Part shown: positions 58,688 through 61,873 of the stretch, piece after piece
How the letters are laid out: every line of letters begins with the position of its first letter
How positions within the stretch are numbered: the stretch's first letter is position 1
Assembly (NCBI GenBank): GCA_019428815.1
Contig: JAHYJW010000004.1
Coordinates: 1-61,873 of the forward strand
Origin: Patescibacteria group bacterium
GTDB taxonomy: Archaea > Nanobdellota > Nanobdellia > Pacearchaeales > GW2011-AR1
Direction: 5' to 3'
Length of the DNA: 61,873 nucleotides
Notes under the pieces: model-generated
The model's input: the letters and a program-made list of their open reading frames with translations, nothing else
Told to the model about the DNA's origin: nothing
Databases searched by the model: none
Program-made: the position numbers and the translations under genes

Positions 58688-60787
58688 ATGGTTAAAAAAG
58701 GGGGATTATTCATCTTTTTATCAATAGTCCTAATTGGAATTTCATTTATCACTTTTACTTCCCCAGATGAAGTAGAAACATTATTAGAAGTTCCTGTCTC
58801 TTCACCTCTAGTTTTTGAAGTACCTATACCAAATCAAATTTGGGCCACAAACACAAATCATACAAATGCCTTGAATCTTAACAATCATTTTACCAACTAT
58901 ATGGGAACAAATACTACTTTCAATGTAACTGAAGTAGAAAATATAACCATCCTCATAGATGAAGAAGGTTTTGTTTCATTTTACCCGGATTTAAATTTTG
59001 AGGGAATTAGAGAAGTTGTATTCCACGCACAAGCTGCAGGTATTGTGGGATTATACAATGCAAGTAGTAACTTTGTTCAATTAGAAGTTCTTTTAGATGA
59101 AGAATCACCAAAATGGAGTAATCCTCAAAAGAGTAGAACAGACATATTTCAAAGTGACTTTATCAGATTTTATACAAACTGGACAGATAACCTAGCATTA
59201 GATAGTTTTCTTTTTTCGATAAACCAGGGTTCAGGATGGGTTAATGGATCAAGAGTTTATTTTTCAGGGGTTTCTAATTTTTCTAAACAAACAATCCAGA
59301 TAAGTGCTCCTGGAGGTACTGGGGTTAGTTGGGCATTTTATGCTTGGGACACCTCGGGAAATATAAACCGGACAAGTATTCAAACCTTTACTGTAGAAAT
59401 TACCGAAACTCCAACAGAACCAGGCCCTGGAGAAGAAGTTATTATAGATCCAGAAGAAATAATTTCAGAATTTTCAGTTACCCCCGGAATAATCGAATTA
59501 AAAATGAAACAGGGTGAAGAGATTACCCGATTTTTAAGAATTCAAAATGAGGGAAGAGAATCTTCTAACTTTAAAATTGTTCTAAACGGACTAGAGGAGT
59601 TTTTGGTTTTAGATAAAACAGAAGTAACAATCCCTGGGAGAACTTCTCAGACCATTACCTTAGATTTTAAGGTTGGCGAAAGAACATTTCCGGATTTATA
59701 TTTTGGGTATATTGACATTATCGGAGATAGTAAAACCAGAAGAGTGCCCATAATTCTAGAAATAAATCCCTTAGAAATAGACTTTGAGGTAGGTGTTCAG
59801 GTTAAAAATAAAGACAAACGAGTTTTACCGGGAAAAGAGGTAGAAATTGAAATAAGGATCACAAATCTAGGAGATTATGCAAGGGAAAATGGAACTTTTT
59901 ATTATGCAATAAAGGATGTTTACGGGAAGACACTTGACTTTTCTCAAGAAGAATTTGAATTGAAAGATGAAGAATTCTTTATAAGAACCTTAAAAATTCC
60001 TACTGATACCCTAAAAGGGTATTATATAGTTTATGTTAGAGGAAATTTAGAAAAAGAGACTTCCATTGCAACAGATAATTTTGAAGTAGGAGCAAGATTT
60101 GATGTTGCAGGTTTTATAAAATTAAACTTTATTTTGATTTTAATAATCTTGATCTCTTTAATAACTGCTCTTTTGATTATTCGGAGCCGCAGGAATAGAG
60201 AGAGACTAAAAATCTTAAACTTATATCTTAAAGTAAATGAGTTAAAAGAACTAATAAACCAAAAACAGTTAGATAAAGCAATAGAGTATTACATAAAAAT
60301 TAAATCCGAATATGGTGAACCGGTTTCAGAGAAGATTTTGGATAACAAAGAAAAGCTTAAAGAAGAAATGCAAAGATTAGCAGATAGTTTTGATAAAAAA
60401 AATTCTGGATTAAAAGAGATTTCTAAAGAGGTTGAAGATAATGACAAAGAAAAAAAAGAGGGTGAGGAGATTGAAGAAAAAAATCTAGAAAAGAAAGGTT
60501 CAATTAAAAGGGAGATAGTCAAAGAAAAAATGAACAAAGAAGAAAATATTAAAGATGAGCATTTAATGAATAAAAAAGAAAATGGCGAGGAATTAAAGGA
60601 AGAGAAAGAAAATAAGATAGAGGAAGAGGTAGTTAAGAAACGAGATGGATTAAATGAAAACAAAAAATCTCAGAATAAGATTAAAAATCAAAAATTAAAG
60701 AAAAGTTTGAACAAACCTAAAAAAAGAGGTAATGAAACGAAAAAAAATTCTTTAAAGACTGATAAACCAAAAACAAAGAAAAAATAA
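58688..60787 (+). CDS. Membrane-anchored multi-Ig surface protein with a K/E-rich cytoplasmic tail
   Basis: Signal/TM, cadherin-like FYPDLNFEGIREV, several Ig domains, TM near aa 480, charged tail. Confidence 0.8.
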   Translation: MVKKGGLFIFLSIVLIGISFITFTSPDEVETLLEVPVSSPLVFEVPIPNQIWATNTNHTNALNLNNHFTNYMGTNTTFNVTEVENITILIDEEGFVSFYPDLNFEGIREVVFHAQAAGIVGLYNASSNFVQLEVLLDEESPKWSNPQKSRTDIFQSDFIRFYTNWTDNLALDSFLFSINQGSGWVNGSRVYFSGVSNFSKQTIQISAPGGTGVSWAFYAWDTSGNINRTSIQTFTVEITETPTEPGPGEEVIIDPEEIISEFSVTPGIIELKMKQGEEITRFLRIQNEGRESSNFKIVLNGLEEFLVLDKTEVTIPGRTSQTITLDFKVGERTFPDLYFGYIDIIGDSKTRRVPIILEINPLEIDFEVGVQVKNKDKRVLPGKEVEIEIRITNLGDYARENGTFYYAIKDVYGKTLDFSQEEFELKDEEFFIRTLKIPTDTLKGYYIVYVRGNLEKETSIATDNFEVGARFDVAGFIKLNFILILIILISLITALLIIRSRRNRERLKILNLYLKVNELKELINQKQLDKAIEYYIKIKSEYGEPVSEKILDNKEKLKEEMQRLADSFDKKNSGLKEISKEVEDNDKEKKEGEEIEEKNLEKKGSIKREIVKEKMNKEENIKDEHLMNKKENGEELKEEKENKIEEEVVKKRDGLNENKKSQNKIKNQKLKKSLNKPKKRGNETKKNSLKTDKPKTKKK

Positions 60788-60791
60788 CAAA

Positions 60792-61873
60792 ATGGATTTA
60801 CTAAAAAAAGGGTTGATCCTAATTTTTGTGGTGTCTATCCTTATTTCAAGTAGTTTTATAACTTCTGCAGAAATGGAAGACTCAGAATCTGCTTTTGGAA
60901 ATCCTATCGTCACAGAACAATATGAAATCTCAAGGAGCTGGGTTAAAAGAATAATTTCTGAAGGGCGAATTTTACAGGATAATATAATTATAAAAAACTT
61001 AGGAAGTTCATCAATGAGTGTTTCTTTTATGATAATGGGAGGGGTTGAAGAGATAATTAGCCTTTCTGCAGATGGATTAATCATTGAGCCCTATAATTAT
61101 GAAGAACTAACCTTCCAGATAGTAGGACTAAACGAAGGGGAATACACCGGACATATTTCTTTAACGGGGGGAGTATCTCAAGAAATTCCGGTTTTAATAA
61201 AAGTAAGGGATAAAATAGAAGGGACCCGCTTTTTAATTGAGATAAACTCCTTAAAAGAATCTTACCTCATGGGGGAAGAACTTTTATTTTTGTTGAATAT
61301 AAGAAAATTAATTCAAGATTCCAAAGAAGACATCATAGAAGCAGAGTATTATCTAAAAGGAGGAGGAGAATCTTTTTTTCTTGAGGAAGAGACCTTAAAC
61401 GTTTCGTATTCTACGCAAATAAAAAAAACATTTGAGATACCAAAAAATGTTACAGAAGGAGTTTATAACATTGAATTGATTATGAAGTTAGAAGACGAAA
61501 CAGTTGTTTCAAAATCTCAACTTAAAATAATTTTACCCTTTTGGCTTAAAAAATTTTTGGGAATTCCGTTATGGATAATTATCACCGCTCTAGGGATTGT
61601 TGCTTTAGGGATTGGGGGAACTTTAATCGCGAAAAAAATTCTTGAAAAAAAGAAGAAATATAAAATGAAATTAGAATTTAAAACAATTCCTAAAGCTGGA
61701 GAAAGGTCATTCTATTTAGGAAAGATCGCGGAAACAAATACAAATACTTATTACAATATGGACGATCTTACAACACACATGGTTGTTGCGGGAGCAACAG
61801 GAGGAGGTAAAAGTATCTCTGCCCAGGTTTTTGTTGAGGAGGCATTAAAAAAGAATATTGCTGTTGTAGTTTT
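60792..61873 (+). CDS. Ig-domain/TM/HerA (DUF87)-like ATPase fusion, truncated by the window end
   Basis: Manual ORF MDLLKKGLILIFVV...; Ig-like region, TM PLWIIITALGIVALGIGG, then FYLGKIAE...THMVVAGATGGGKS in frame. Confidence 0.85.
   Translation, partial: MDLLKKGLILIFVVSILISSSFITSAEMEDSESAFGNPIVTEQYEISRSWVKRIISEGRILQDNIIIKNLGSSSMSVSFMIMGGVEEIISLSADGLIIEPYNYEELTFQIVGLNEGEYTGHISLTGGVSQEIPVLIKVRDKIEGTRFLIEINSLKESYLMGEELLFLLNIRKLIQDSKEDIIEAEYYLKGGGESFFLEEETLNVSYSTQIKKTFEIPKNVTEGVYNIELIMKLEDETVVSKSQLKIILPFWLKKFLGIPLWIIITALGIVALGIGGTLIAKKILEKKKKYKMKLEFKTIPKAGERSFYLGKIAETNTNTYYNMDDLTTHMVVAGATGGGKSISAQVFVEEALKKNIAVVV

Noticed and set aside
892-61084. Many short ORFs in the track that lie antisense or out of frame within longer genes (e.g. 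892..1143, 6764..7144, 10705..10992, 28634..28903, 60289..60663, 60752..61084)
   Set aside because: They overlap well-supported genes and show no motifs; they are shadow ORFs of AT-rich coding DNA.
45701-61873. Provirus structural module
   Set aside because: The proteins carry signal peptides, TMs and sequons typical of cell-surface proteins; no capsid, terminase, portal or integrase is recognisable.

Overview
AT-rich archaeal chromosome segment. The gene set (SRP54, Bud32, uS15 next to a DHH protein, aIF2-alpha, Nop10, aEF-1beta, RadA, RPA, Hef, archaeal TyrRS), frequent TATA-proximal starts and reduced or degenerate enzymes suggest a DPANN archaeon, probably Pacearchaeota/Woesearchaeota-like (inference). 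It contains two tRNAs: Gln-TTG with a non-canonical D-loop intron, and Arg-GCG. Each is followed by an integrase-less mini-island bounded by a duplicated tRNA 3' end, carrying an MNT-HEPN toxin-antitoxin pair and a cytidine deaminase respectively. There is a complete type IV pilus locus (prepilin peptidase, about 9-10 pilin-like genes, platform protein, ATPase) and a detached paralogue of the likely major pilin fused to a lytic transglycosylase domain. Also present: a Hef split by a single in-frame stop, an Rmt/ArmA-like 16S rRNA methyltransferase, and an acs/OFOR/ferredoxin block. From 45.7 kb to the end lies an uncharacterised cell-surface system: small secreted beta-proteins and a 2004-aa adhesin sharing a C-terminal domain, a chaperone-like anchored protein, an RHH regulator, and an Ig-TM-HerA/VirB4-like ATPase fusion. 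No CRISPR, rRNA, integrase or transposase was seen. All family calls come from motifs read by eye, with no database searches.
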